Source: an uncultured Gammaproteobacteria bacterium (lineage in GTDB: Bacteria > Patescibacteriota > Microgenomatia > Levybacterales > GWA1-39-11). From it: a stretch of 64,000 nucleotides of DNA. Positions within the stretch are counted from its first letter, which is position 1. Every line of letters starts with the position of its first letter. Shown here piece after piece: positions 18,547-27,758 of the stretch. The stretch covers positions 82,673 to 146,672 of the forward strand of contig CAZDED010000002.1 of assembly GCA_964504535.1 (NCBI GenBank), in the 5' to 3' direction. Under the pieces are notes generated by a model, which was not told where the DNA came from, searched no databases, and saw only the letters and a program-made list of their open reading frames with translations. A program made the translations under genes and the position numbers.

Positions 18547-19454
18547 TGTACAAAGTAATCGTTTCAATACTCCATTACAACAATGATCACGATACCCTTT
18601 CGTGTTTGGATTCACTTCTTGCCTTAAATCTTGAAGACATAAAGATAAGTACTTACGTGCTTGATAACGGTTCTAAGAAGGAGCTTGATATAGATCCTTC
18701 AAAATACGACCTTCTGGACCTGACCGTCATAAGAAATCCTAAGAACACCGGATTTACCGGAGGGCATAATATGATCTTTGGTAAAGTTGAAGATAAGGAA
18801 TTCGATTATTTCATGATACTGAACAACGACACGATAGTACATCCGGATCTCATAAAGGAAATGGTTAACACTATACAAAAAAATGGAGTAGGGGCAGTTG
18901 TCCCAAAAATATATTTTACAAAAGGTCATGAGTTTCATAAAGAACGATATAGTGAGAATGATTTAGGGAAAGTTTTCTGGTATGCAGGAGGATACATGGA
19001 TTGGAATCATGTCGTAAGTAAACACAGAGGAGTCGATGAAATAGATCATGGACAATTCGGTGAGGAAGAAGCTATAGGATTTGCTACAGGAGCATGCATT
19101 CTCATGCGGAAAAATCTTTTAAAAAAGATTGGCTTATTTGATGAAAAATATTTCCTTTATTATGAAGATGCAGATCTAACTCAAAGAATCATAAAATCAT
19201 CTCACAAAATATTCTATAACCCCAAAGCTATCCTTTGTCACAATAATGCAGGATCTTCTTCTTCCGGGTCTTCCCTGCACGATTATTATCTTACAAGAAA
19301 TAGGATGTTGTTTGGTATGCATTATGCGCCACTAAAGACCAGATTATTTTTGGTGAAAGAAAGCCTTGTGCTTTTGAAATCAGGTAGGATGTGGCAAAAA
19401 AAAGGCATAAAGGACTACTACTTACACAAATTTGGCAAAGGAAGCTATGAATAG
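18546..19454 (+). CDS. GT2 glycosyltransferase (rhamnosyltransferase/WbbL-like)
   Basis: VIVSILHYNNDHDTLSCLDSL, VLDNGS, ILNNDTIV, YYEDADLTQR. Confidence 0.65.
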   Translation: MYKVIVSILHYNNDHDTLSCLDSLLALNLEDIKISTYVLDNGSKKELDIDPSKYDLLDLTVIRNPKNTGFTGGHNMIFGKVEDKEFDYFMILNNDTIVHPDLIKEMVNTIQKNGVGAVVPKIYFTKGHEFHKERYSENDLGKVFWYAGGYMDWNHVVSKHRGVDEIDHGQFGEEEAIGFATGACILMRKNLLKKIGLFDEKYFLYYEDADLTQRIIKSSHKIFYNPKAILCHNNAGSSSSGSSLHDYYLTRNRMLFGMHYAPLKTRLFLVKESLVLLKSGRMWQKKGIKDYYLHKFGKGSYE

Positions 19455-21099
19455 AATAAGAATTCCTGGTTTTATCCTTGTTATCTTACTTGCAGTTATC
19501 CCTCTTGTTGGTCTTTTGCCTCAAGGACTTGCCGAAACTCATGATGGAATTGATCATGTCGCAAGGGTCGCAAATTTTTATAAAGGACTTTCAGAGGGAG
19601 TCATATTTCCCCGGTGGGGCGAAAATCTCAACTGGGGTTATGGCCATCCAATCCTGATGTTTTTATATCCATTATCCTCATATGTCTCTTCATTTTTTCA
19701 CTTTCTTGGAGCCTCGTATGTTGATTCTATAAAGTTAGTTTTTGGTTTTGGATATATTGCAAGTGGAGTGACGATGTATATATGGGCTAGAAAACAGTTC
19801 AACGAACATTTTGCGATTGCTTCCTCCCTCCTTTATATGTATGCGCCCTATCGTTTTGTCGACCTATATGTACGGGGTGCGATTGGTGAGCATATGGCTT
19901 TTATATTTCCGCCCTTAATACTTTATTTTATTTTTAACAACTTTGAACGTCGAGTTGGGTTAAAAACAACATCTTTTATTGGTGTCAGTATTTCGTTTGC
20001 TTTACTGTTACTTGCCCACAATGCAATAAGTCTCATGTTCATGCCAATTATCGCATGTTATTCATTGGTACTTGCATATTCAAGAAAGGAATATAAATCT
20101 CTGCTGTATATTTTTCTTGCCGTAGTAAATGGTTTTTTGATGTCGGCTTTTTTTACCATTCCAGCATTTCTAGAGGGAAAGTTCACTTTAAGAGATATTG
20201 TTACGGGTGATGAGTATAAAAATCGATTTGTTACCAATCCTTTAACCTTTCTCTATGGAGCTTGGAGTTATGGTATAACAGGACAATTTTCGGTACAAAT
20301 CGGTGTAGCGCATATATGTGGAATTTTGCTTGCACCACTGGTTTTTTTGAAAACAAAAAAGAAGGAAGCTAAATTGATACTTATTATGATCATTTTATTT
20401 TTTGTGTGCTCGTTGTTTTTGATGATTCCTCAATCAGATTTTCTTTATCAGCTCGTAACAACTCTTCAAAAATTTCAGTTTCCGTGGAGATTTTTAACTT
20501 TGACTGTATTCACCAGCTCTGTACTTGGTGCCAGTATCTTTATTGTCATTAAAAATAAAAATGTAAAAAATATTTCTATTGGTTTACTTATTTTTTTATT
20601 ACTGCTATCAACAGTTAGCTATTGGTGGGCTAAATCATACAGGAAGATACCTGATAATTTTTTTGAAACCGTATATAACGGAACTACTGATACGGGTGAA
20701 AGTTCTCCAGTTTGGTCTGTTAGATTCATGGAGAAAAAACCCAGGGCGCATGCAGAAGTTATAAGTGGTAAAGCAATCATTGTTGAAAAGAACCGCAAGA
20801 GTACTACACACATTTACCAAATAACTGCTTTGACTGAATCATCAAGGATAAGAGAGAATACTCTTTATTTTCCTAGTTGGAAAGTTTATATTGATGGTAA
20901 AGAGTCAACTATTCAGTTTCAGGATCCATCGGAACGTGGACTTATCACGTACAATTTGGAAAAAGGATCTCATACTGTTATGGTTGAATTTAGAGACACC
21001 AAGCTGCGTGTTATTTCCAGCATGCTCTCAATTGCATCAGTTTTTCTAACTGCACTTTTAGGATTGTTAATTATTTTTAAATACAAACATGAAAAATAA
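19432..21099 (+). CDS. Family B GT-C-like membrane protein (HxD…YxPGW)
   Basis: 555 aa. AETHDGIDHVARVANFYKGLSEGVIFPRWGENLNWGYGHPILMFLYPL. C-terminus LYFPSWKVYIDGKEST. Confidence 0.55.
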   Translation: MAKEAMNRIRIPGFILVILLAVIPLVGLLPQGLAETHDGIDHVARVANFYKGLSEGVIFPRWGENLNWGYGHPILMFLYPLSSYVSSFFHFLGASYVDSIKLVFGFGYIASGVTMYIWARKQFNEHFAIASSLLYMYAPYRFVDLYVRGAIGEHMAFIFPPLILYFIFNNFERRVGLKTTSFIGVSISFALLLLAHNAISLMFMPIIACYSLVLAYSRKEYKSLLYIFLAVVNGFLMSAFFTIPAFLEGKFTLRDIVTGDEYKNRFVTNPLTFLYGAWSYGITGQFSVQIGVAHICGILLAPLVFLKTKKKEAKLILIMIILFFVCSLFLMIPQSDFLYQLVTTLQKFQFPWRFLTLTVFTSSVLGASIFIVIKNKNVKNISIGLLIFLLLLSTVSYWWAKSYRKIPDNFFETVYNGTTDTGESSPVWSVRFMEKKPRAHAEVISGKAIIVEKNRKSTTHIYQITALTESSRIRENTLYFPSWKVYIDGKESTIQFQDPSERGLITYNLEKGSHTVMVEFRDTKLRVISSMLSIASVFLTALLGLLIIFKYKHEK

Positions 21100-23395
21100 A
21101 CTCCTTCCATACATTGCTATTTTTGTTATATGGATACTTTTTTCGTCGCCATATTTTTTTTCCGGAAAAAGTCCTTTTCCATCTGATTATCAAAATAATT
21201 TTTTTGCGCCGTGGAATGTGTATCCTGGGCATTCAGGTCCCGTTAAAAATAACGCACAACCAGACATAATAACTCAAATTTACCCATGGCGATATTTTGA
21301 CATACAGGAATACAAAAAAGGCATTATCCCTTTCTGGAATCCATTTAGTTTTGCAGGTACTCCCCACTTGGCCAATTATCAGTCCGCGTCTCTTTCTCCA
21401 ATTAATATCTTATTTTTTCTTCCATTAGATTTTATTGATGTCTGGGGTTTGTTGGTTTTATTACAACCGCTACTTGCTGGCCTATGTATGTTTCAACTTT
21501 GCCGGAAGATGAAAGTTTCAAAAGTAGGTAGTATCCTTTCAAGTTTTTCCTTCATGTTTTGTGGGTTTTTGGTTACATGGATGGGGTATGCAACGCTGGG
21601 CTATGCTATTCTCTTTTTACCTTTGGCATATTACTCCATCCTACAGTACACAAGTAGTAGATCTTTGAGATGGCTTATAATTCTTGCTTTTACATTTCCG
21701 CTATCATTTTTTTCAGGTCATTTTCAAATGAGTATATATTTTAGTTTGGGAGTATTCTCTTTTATTTTCTATCATTTACTGTTCACAAAAGAACGGAAGT
21801 TATTTGCAACAGCACTGTTATATTCATTTTTTGGATTGTTTCTTACAATGCCGCAAGTACTTCCATCAATAGAATTTTACTCGTTATCGCCAAGAAGCAA
21901 TCTGTTTCAGAAGATCGAAGCAATACCGTGGAATTATCTCCCAACATTAATATCTCCAGATTTCTATGGTAATCCAGTAACGAGAAATGATTGGTTTGGA
22001 CATTACGCTGAGTGGAGTGGATTTCCTGGAATTGTTGCAGTTGTTTTTTCGATTGCTGCGGTAATTCTTAAAAGGAACCGAACCACTTTGTTTTTTATTA
22101 TCCTTGCTGTTGGATCATTAATGTTAGCCTATGACACACCCCTTCTAACGTTTCTAGTTAATCTAAAACTGCCTGTGTTATCAACGAGCGCAGCAAGCAG
22201 AATAATTGTTTTGTTCAGCTTCTCGATAGCAGTCCTTTCAGGGTTCGGTTTTGACCAAGTGATATCAGTCTATAACAAAGACAAAAGAAAAATACTTCTA
22301 TGGTTAATCGTAAGTCTCGTGCCGGTTGTTGTTGTCTCAATTATTCCATTTCTTAATCTATTGGAAGTTGATAAGAGTCAAATAGCTCAAAAAAACGTAA
22401 TTCTGCCGGTGGCCTTCTTTGGCGTCATTGGAATTGCAACTCTTCTCTTATTAAACATCAAGCATAAATATTCAAAGCTATTTTTTATTTGTTGCGTCCT
22501 TGCCGTAAGTTCATTTGAGATGTACCGGTTTGCTGCAAAATGGCAATCATTTACTCCAAAAAAAGAAGCATATTTACCGGTGCCAATCTCAAAATTTTAT
22601 GGTCAACAAAATAATTATGATAGATTGATTGGATTGTCCGGAGGAGAAGATGCCGTGTATTACAGAATGCCAATTCTTTCCGGATACGATCCTTTATACA
22701 GTGAATCGTATGGAAAATTCGTCCAGTATGTCGGAAGTGGATCCTATAAAAATCCTGAACGGTCGGTTGTGACTTTCCCCCTCAACGGTCGTTATACTCC
22801 TCAAGCGCTCGACCTTCTTGGTGTGAAATATATAGTTCGTAAGGATTCTGATGGGGAAATGGTGTGGGCCTTTCCTTTTAAAAAGTATCCCCCAGAGCAA
22901 TTCACGAAAATATATGATGACAATGGATATGATGTTTTTCTCAATAATAAATCAAGCAAACGTGCTTTCATAGTTTCAGATGTAATTGAGGTTAGTGAAA
23001 AAAATAGAGACAGGTCAATGTTATTTAATTATGATCTATCCAAAACAGCTATTGTTTATGAGAATATAAAACCCTTAGCCAAAACTCAGGGATCGGTAAA
23101 AATAATAAAATATTTATCAAACAGCATAGAAATGGAAGCGCAAACAAATGGGGAATCTTTCTTGGTTCTGACAGACAATTATTACCCAGGATGGAAAGCA
23201 TTTGTTAACGACAAAGAAGTAAAAATATACAAAGCCGATTATACATTCCGGGGAATAGTCATACCGGCAGGGAAAAGCAGTATCGAGTTTTCATTCGTTC
23301 CGCAAACATTCTTAATCGGTACGTACCTGTTCTTAACAGGTATAATGGGTATGGTAGTGGTTTATATAATCAGAAAATTCAAATATATTTCATGA
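21089..23395 (+). CDS. YfhO-family membrane protein (family C)
   Basis: 768 aa. YPWRYFDIQEYKKGIIPFWNPFSFAGTPHLANYQSASLSPINI. C-terminus YYPGWKAFVNDKEVKI…TFRGIVIPAGKSSI. Confidence 0.65.
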   Translation: MKNKLLPYIAIFVIWILFSSPYFFSGKSPFPSDYQNNFFAPWNVYPGHSGPVKNNAQPDIITQIYPWRYFDIQEYKKGIIPFWNPFSFAGTPHLANYQSASLSPINILFFLPLDFIDVWGLLVLLQPLLAGLCMFQLCRKMKVSKVGSILSSFSFMFCGFLVTWMGYATLGYAILFLPLAYYSILQYTSSRSLRWLIILAFTFPLSFFSGHFQMSIYFSLGVFSFIFYHLLFTKERKLFATALLYSFFGLFLTMPQVLPSIEFYSLSPRSNLFQKIEAIPWNYLPTLISPDFYGNPVTRNDWFGHYAEWSGFPGIVAVVFSIAAVILKRNRTTLFFIILAVGSLMLAYDTPLLTFLVNLKLPVLSTSAASRIIVLFSFSIAVLSGFGFDQVISVYNKDKRKILLWLIVSLVPVVVVSIIPFLNLLEVDKSQIAQKNVILPVAFFGVIGIATLLLLNIKHKYSKLFFICCVLAVSSFEMYRFAAKWQSFTPKKEAYLPVPISKFYGQQNNYDRLIGLSGGEDAVYYRMPILSGYDPLYSESYGKFVQYVGSGSYKNPERSVVTFPLNGRYTPQALDLLGVKYIVRKDSDGEMVWAFPFKKYPPEQFTKIYDDNGYDVFLNNKSSKRAFIVSDVIEVSEKNRDRSMLFNYDLSKTAIVYENIKPLAKTQGSVKIIKYLSNSIEMEAQTNGESFLVLTDNYYPGWKAFVNDKEVKIYKADYTFRGIVIPAGKSSIEFSFVPQTFLIGTYLFLTGIMGMVVVYIIRKFKYIS

Positions 23396-24153
23396 AAAAT
23401 CTAACAGTTATTATTTTGTCTAAGGATGATGAAGATGTGATTGCAGATGCAATTTCCTCGCTCTCCGGATTTGCAGATGAAGTTGTCGTTATTGATGCAA
23501 ACAAAAACTCAGGCACGCAAAAAATAGCTGAGAAATTTGGTGCGAAGGTGGTAAAGAATCAATTTAAAGATTTTGCTGACCAGAGGAATTTTGGTATTTA
23601 TCAAGCAACAACACCGTGGGTGTATTTTATGGATTCAGACGAAAGAGTTACACCTAACTTTAAAGAAGAGGTTTTGGATATTATCAAGCATTATCATGAG
23701 ACTGACCCTGTTTCTGGGTATTTTGTGAAGAGAAAGACTTTTTATTATGGACGCGACTGGAATTTCCAAGATAGTGTTCAGCGGTTGTTTGTTAGAAGTA
23801 AATTTGTTGAATGGAAAGGGGTAGTTCACGAAACCCCTATTATCAGAGGTGAATTTGGCACTATCAATTCACCCATTATCCATTTAACTCACCGGAATCT
23901 TTCCCAGATGGTAAGAAAAACGAATGAATGGTCAGAATATGAAGCAAAATTAAGACTTGAATCAAAGCATCCACCGCTTGCCCCCTGGAGATTTATCAGG
24001 GTTATGAGTACAGAATTTTTTGCATCGTATTTTAAAAATAAAGGTTACAAGAATGGTACTGTTGGACTTATAGAAGCAATGTATCAGTCATTTTCTATCT
24101 TCATAACTTACGCAAAACTATGGGAAATGCAGCAGAGCAGGCGAAGTAAGTAA
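23392..24153 (+). CDS. GT2 glycosyltransferase (KdtX/WaaE-like subfamily)
   Basis: VIILSKDDEDVI…VVVIDANKNSGT…MDSDERV. Last gene of the first plus-strand polycistron. Confidence 0.65.
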   Translation: MKNLTVIILSKDDEDVIADAISSLSGFADEVVVIDANKNSGTQKIAEKFGAKVVKNQFKDFADQRNFGIYQATTPWVYFMDSDERVTPNFKEEVLDIIKHYHETDPVSGYFVKRKTFYYGRDWNFQDSVQRLFVRSKFVEWKGVVHETPIIRGEFGTINSPIIHLTHRNLSQMVRKTNEWSEYEAKLRLESKHPPLAPWRFIRVMSTEFFASYFKNKGYKNGTVGLIEAMYQSFSIFITYAKLWEMQQSRRSK

Positions 24154-24154
24154 A

Positions 24155-24403
24155 TTATTTCCTGCGAAACCAAGACTTCAATTCTGATATTGTCAATCTT
24201 TTTTTAGCGAACCAGAAAAGGTAAACTATTTCCAATATGCCCATATCATTGAGTGGTATTAAGATGAAGAGGGCTATAAACCAATTTCTTTGTTTGAGTT
24301 GAGACGAACGCCATAGGGCTATTCCTTTCCAGATAAGCTGCCAAACCGAAAGGACAATAATTACTGCGATAATAAGTGGATCTGGGGTGGCAATCTTTTT
24401 CAT
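24155..24403 (-). CDS. Small 2-TM membrane protein (PLD-nuclease-N-like small membrane domain?)
   Basis: 82 aa with two hydrophobic helices (LIIAVIIVLSVWQLIWKGIALW / WFIALFILIPLNDMGILEIVYLFWF) and a basic C-terminal tail. Only minus-strand gene inside the first 50 kb of the cluster. Confidence 0.4.
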   Translation of the reverse strand: MKKIATPDPLIIAVIIVLSVWQLIWKGIALWRSSQLKQRNWFIALFILIPLNDMGILEIVYLFWFAKKRLTISELKSWFRRK

Positions 24404-24409
24404 AGTCTA

Positions 24410-24418
24410 TTTGTAGCA
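24410..24418 (-). promoter_or_regulatory. Extended -10 (TGcTACAAA on the minus strand) 6 nt upstream of the ATG at 24403; candidate leaderless promoter
   Basis: Minus-strand read: TGCTACAAA-tagact-ATG. Confidence 0.25.
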
Positions 24419-24441
24419 CAGTGACATTTTTTATGCAATAT

Positions 24442-24450
24442 TGGTAGAAT
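24442..24450 (+). promoter_or_regulatory. Extended -10 (TGgTAGAAT) 6 nt upstream of the ATG at 24457; candidate leaderless promoter for the second polycistron
   Basis: TGGTAGAAT at 24442-24450, spacer aaagta, ATG at 24457. Confidence 0.3.
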
Positions 24451-24456
24451 AAAGTA

Positions 24457-25524
24457 ATGAATATTGGAATTTATTCACCTTACCTAGATACCTTAACCGG
24501 TGGAGAGAAATATATCTTTACCTCTGCATCGTGCTTATCAAAAGAGCACAAGGTTACCGTCTTTTGGGATGACGAAACAATAATCGAAAAAGCGGCGGCC
24601 AAGTTCAATTTAGATTTAAGCAATGTAACTGTTTCGCCTAATTTATTTTCGAAAAATATTGGGCCTTTTAAGAGATTTTTCAATACATTAAAGTATGATC
24701 GTATATTTTTCTTGTCAGATGGTAGTATCCCTCTCGTTGGAGCGAAAAAACTACTTATTCACTTCCAGTTTCCGGTAGAGTGGGTGAATACTAACAGTTT
24801 TTGGTTCTTATTTAAGAAATCGAGAATTTCAAAAATTATTTGCAACTCAAGATTTACAAAGAAGTATATAGATAAAAAATTCAATGTTGATAGTTTTGTG
24901 TTGTATCCTCCTGCAACAAACAATGAAGATAAAATTCCGGAGAAGGAGAATCTAATTTTGACAGTTGGAAGATTTAGTATTTTGCCGAACGGGACCGATT
25001 TTAAGAAGTTAGAATTCCTTGCAAAAGCATTTAAGAAGTTCCAGAAAAAAAGACTCAAGGGGTGGAGCATGGCTATCGTCACTAGTGTATCTCCGGAGCT
25101 GAAGGATAAATTTTCTGAACTAGAGAAAAAAATAAAGAGTACTCATGTGAAGGTGTATCAAAATGCTTCCTTTGATGAGATTGTGTCACTATATTCCAAA
25201 GCAAAAATTTATTGGCACGCTTCCGGATATAAAGAGGATTTGGATAAATATCCTGAGCGGGCAGAGCATTTTGGAATTTCAACAGTTGAGGCAATGTCTT
25301 ATGGGCAAGTACCGATAGTGATAAACGCCGGTGGTCAACCGGAGATTGTTATAGACTGCGATAACGGATTTTTGTGGAATACAGAAGAGGAGCTGATCTC
25401 ATCAACGCATAAAGTAGCTATCGACAAAGACCTTATGAAAAAAATTTCTGAGAGGGCACACCAAACTTCAAATAATTTCTCAAAAAGCAGATTTTGTGAA
25501 GAATTAAATCACCTGATATGGTAA
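24457..25524 (+). CDS. GT4 glycosyltransferase
   Basis: E-x7-E motif EHFGISTVEAMSYGQVPIV…GGQPEIV is typical of retaining GT-B GT4 enzymes. Confidence 0.75.
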   Translation: MNIGIYSPYLDTLTGGEKYIFTSASCLSKEHKVTVFWDDETIIEKAAAKFNLDLSNVTVSPNLFSKNIGPFKRFFNTLKYDRIFFLSDGSIPLVGAKKLLIHFQFPVEWVNTNSFWFLFKKSRISKIICNSRFTKKYIDKKFNVDSFVLYPPATNNEDKIPEKENLILTVGRFSILPNGTDFKKLEFLAKAFKKFQKKRLKGWSMAIVTSVSPELKDKFSELEKKIKSTHVKVYQNASFDEIVSLYSKAKIYWHASGYKEDLDKYPERAEHFGISTVEAMSYGQVPIVINAGGQPEIVIDCDNGFLWNTEEELISSTHKVAIDKDLMKKISERAHQTSNNFSKSRFCEELNHLIW

Positions 25525-27758
25525 AAAAGATCAAAAAACACTTTGCATTGCTGGTCTTGATATTTGCCATATTATTTTTTTACATACCATTTCTTTTAAA
25601 TTCGAGGTTTCCAATACCATCAGACGCATTGGTGGGTCTATATCATCCCTATCGGGATTTTTATTCTCATAACTATCCGAATGGTATTCCTTTTAAAAAC
25701 TTTCTAATAACAGATCCTGTTAGGCAAACTTACATTTGGAAAGAACTTGCGGTCGATATATTTAAGGCAGGCAGCGTACCCTTATGGAATCCATACGAGA
25801 TGACTGGAAAACCATTGATGGCTAATTTTCAGTCAGGTGCACTATATCCTCTAAATCTTGTCTTTTTATTCCTTCCATTTTCTCTTTCATGGTCCATCTT
25901 GATCCTTCTTCAAACACTCCTGTTTGGGAGTTTTATGTTTCTTTACCTTAGAAATCTGAGAATAAATAAGTACGCATCATTGCTCGGAAGTCTATCAGTT
26001 GCGTTTTCTGGATTTAGCGTTGCCTGGCTTGAATGGGGAAATATTGTTTCTACTGCCTTATGGCTCCCCCTGATATTGATGGGTACTGATAAGATTATTC
26101 AAAAAAAAGCAGCCAGTCAGCCATTGTTATGGTATCTGATAATTTTCTGTGCCTTAATTTGTTCATTTTTTGCCGGCCATCTGCAATCGTTTTTCTATTT
26201 ATACATGTTTTCATTCTCTTACTTTTGCTTAAGATGGTTTGAAAATAAGAATCGCAGAACTCTTTTCGCCTTTTTTATTCTTAATGTAATATTTATTGCC
26301 ATTTCATTTATTCAGTGGTTTCCTACTTTACGGTTTATACAACTTTCAAATCGTGTAGCTGACCAAAATTTCACAACCATCGAGGGATGGTTCATTCCAT
26401 GGAGGCACCTCATTCAATTTATCGTTCCTGATTTCTTTGGCAATCCTTCAACATTAAATTACTGGGGGACATGGAATTACGGAGAACTTGTTGGTTATTT
26501 AGGAGTTTTGCCATTCGTGTTTGCTCTTTTTTCATTCAGCAACCGTACGAGAACAACTGTGTTTTATGTGATAGTAGCCATAGCATGTTTTGTGATGGCT
26601 TTACCAACGGGTGTATCTTCGATTCCATTTATTATGAATGTTCCATTTATTTCAACAGCTCAGCCAACGAGATTGCTATTTCCAATAATTTTTTCATTGT
26701 CAGCACTTTCAGCAATCGGAATGGATAGATTTTTACTTTTTGAAAAGTTCAGACTCAAACAATTTTCCCCTTTTATTATTGTAGGCGGTATTTATGGGCT
26801 CTTGCTATTTTTTATATTCACAAACAGCGGACTTATTTTTAAGAACCAAATTGAATTATCTATTGCCAAAAGAAACATAATTTTTCCGCTTTTTGTGTTT
26901 TTAGCTTCTTCAATTCTCTTATTCATGTTTGTGAAGATAAGAAACGCAAAAGTACGTACAATTGTGCTTTCAATAGTGTTACTCGTTTCATTTGTTGATT
27001 TATTGCGGTTTGCTCAAAAGTTCACTCCATTTACTTCACAAAAATATCTTTATCCGACAACAAAAACTCTTTCATTTTTAAAATCGAAGAATGATTTATT
27101 CAGAGTAGCTGTTATGGATAAAAGAGTTATGCCACCAAATTTTCTAACACATTACAAATTACAAACCATAGAAGGATACGATCCGTTATATCTCAAAAAC
27201 TATGCTGAGTACGTAGTCGCACTGGAGCGGAATCAGCCTGACATTCGTGGCCCATTTGGATTCAATAGAATAATAACTCCACACAATTACAATTCTCCCT
27301 TATTTGATTTTCTAAATGTTAAATACATAATTTCTCTCGAGGAGTTGAAATCCGAAAAATTAGTTAAGGTTGTTGAAGAAGGACAGACGAAAATATACGA
27401 AAACAAAAAAGCGCTACCTCGCATATTTTTTGTAGAAAATGTAGTGCCAGACACTAAAGATATGACATCACTATTTTCTAACGACCTGAGTAAGACAGCA
27501 GTTGTTAATGGTTTTACTCGAAGCGAAAAGCTTAGGATTGGGAAGGTTTCTGATATAGCGTATGAACCAAATTTTGTTGGTATGAAAACTCAAAATGATG
27601 GAGATGGTTATCTGGTTTTTTCGGATGCGTACTATCCAACATGGAGCGCATATATTGACGGTGTAAAAACACCTATCTACGTTACGAATCACGCATTTCG
27701 AGGAATCTTTGTGCCAAAAGGATCACATACTGTACAATTTAAAGATAACTTATTCTAA
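25518..27758 (+). CDS. YfhO-family membrane protein (family C)
   Basis: 746 aa. TYIWKELAVDIFKAGSVPLWNPYEMTGKPLMANFQSGALYPLNL. C-terminus AYYPTWSAYIDGVKTPI…AFRGIFVPKGSHTV. Confidence 0.65.
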   Translation: MVKKIKKHFALLVLIFAILFFYIPFLLNSRFPIPSDALVGLYHPYRDFYSHNYPNGIPFKNFLITDPVRQTYIWKELAVDIFKAGSVPLWNPYEMTGKPLMANFQSGALYPLNLVFLFLPFSLSWSILILLQTLLFGSFMFLYLRNLRINKYASLLGSLSVAFSGFSVAWLEWGNIVSTALWLPLILMGTDKIIQKKAASQPLLWYLIIFCALICSFFAGHLQSFFYLYMFSFSYFCLRWFENKNRRTLFAFFILNVIFIAISFIQWFPTLRFIQLSNRVADQNFTTIEGWFIPWRHLIQFIVPDFFGNPSTLNYWGTWNYGELVGYLGVLPFVFALFSFSNRTRTTVFYVIVAIACFVMALPTGVSSIPFIMNVPFISTAQPTRLLFPIIFSLSALSAIGMDRFLLFEKFRLKQFSPFIIVGGIYGLLLFFIFTNSGLIFKNQIELSIAKRNIIFPLFVFLASSILLFMFVKIRNAKVRTIVLSIVLLVSFVDLLRFAQKFTPFTSQKYLYPTTKTLSFLKSKNDLFRVAVMDKRVMPPNFLTHYKLQTIEGYDPLYLKNYAEYVVALERNQPDIRGPFGFNRIITPHNYNSPLFDFLNVKYIISLEELKSEKLVKVVEEGQTKIYENKKALPRIFFVENVVPDTKDMTSLFSNDLSKTAVVNGFTRSEKLRIGKVSDIAYEPNFVGMKTQNDGDGYLVFSDAYYPTWSAYIDGVKTPIYVTNHAFRGIFVPKGSHTVQFKDNLF

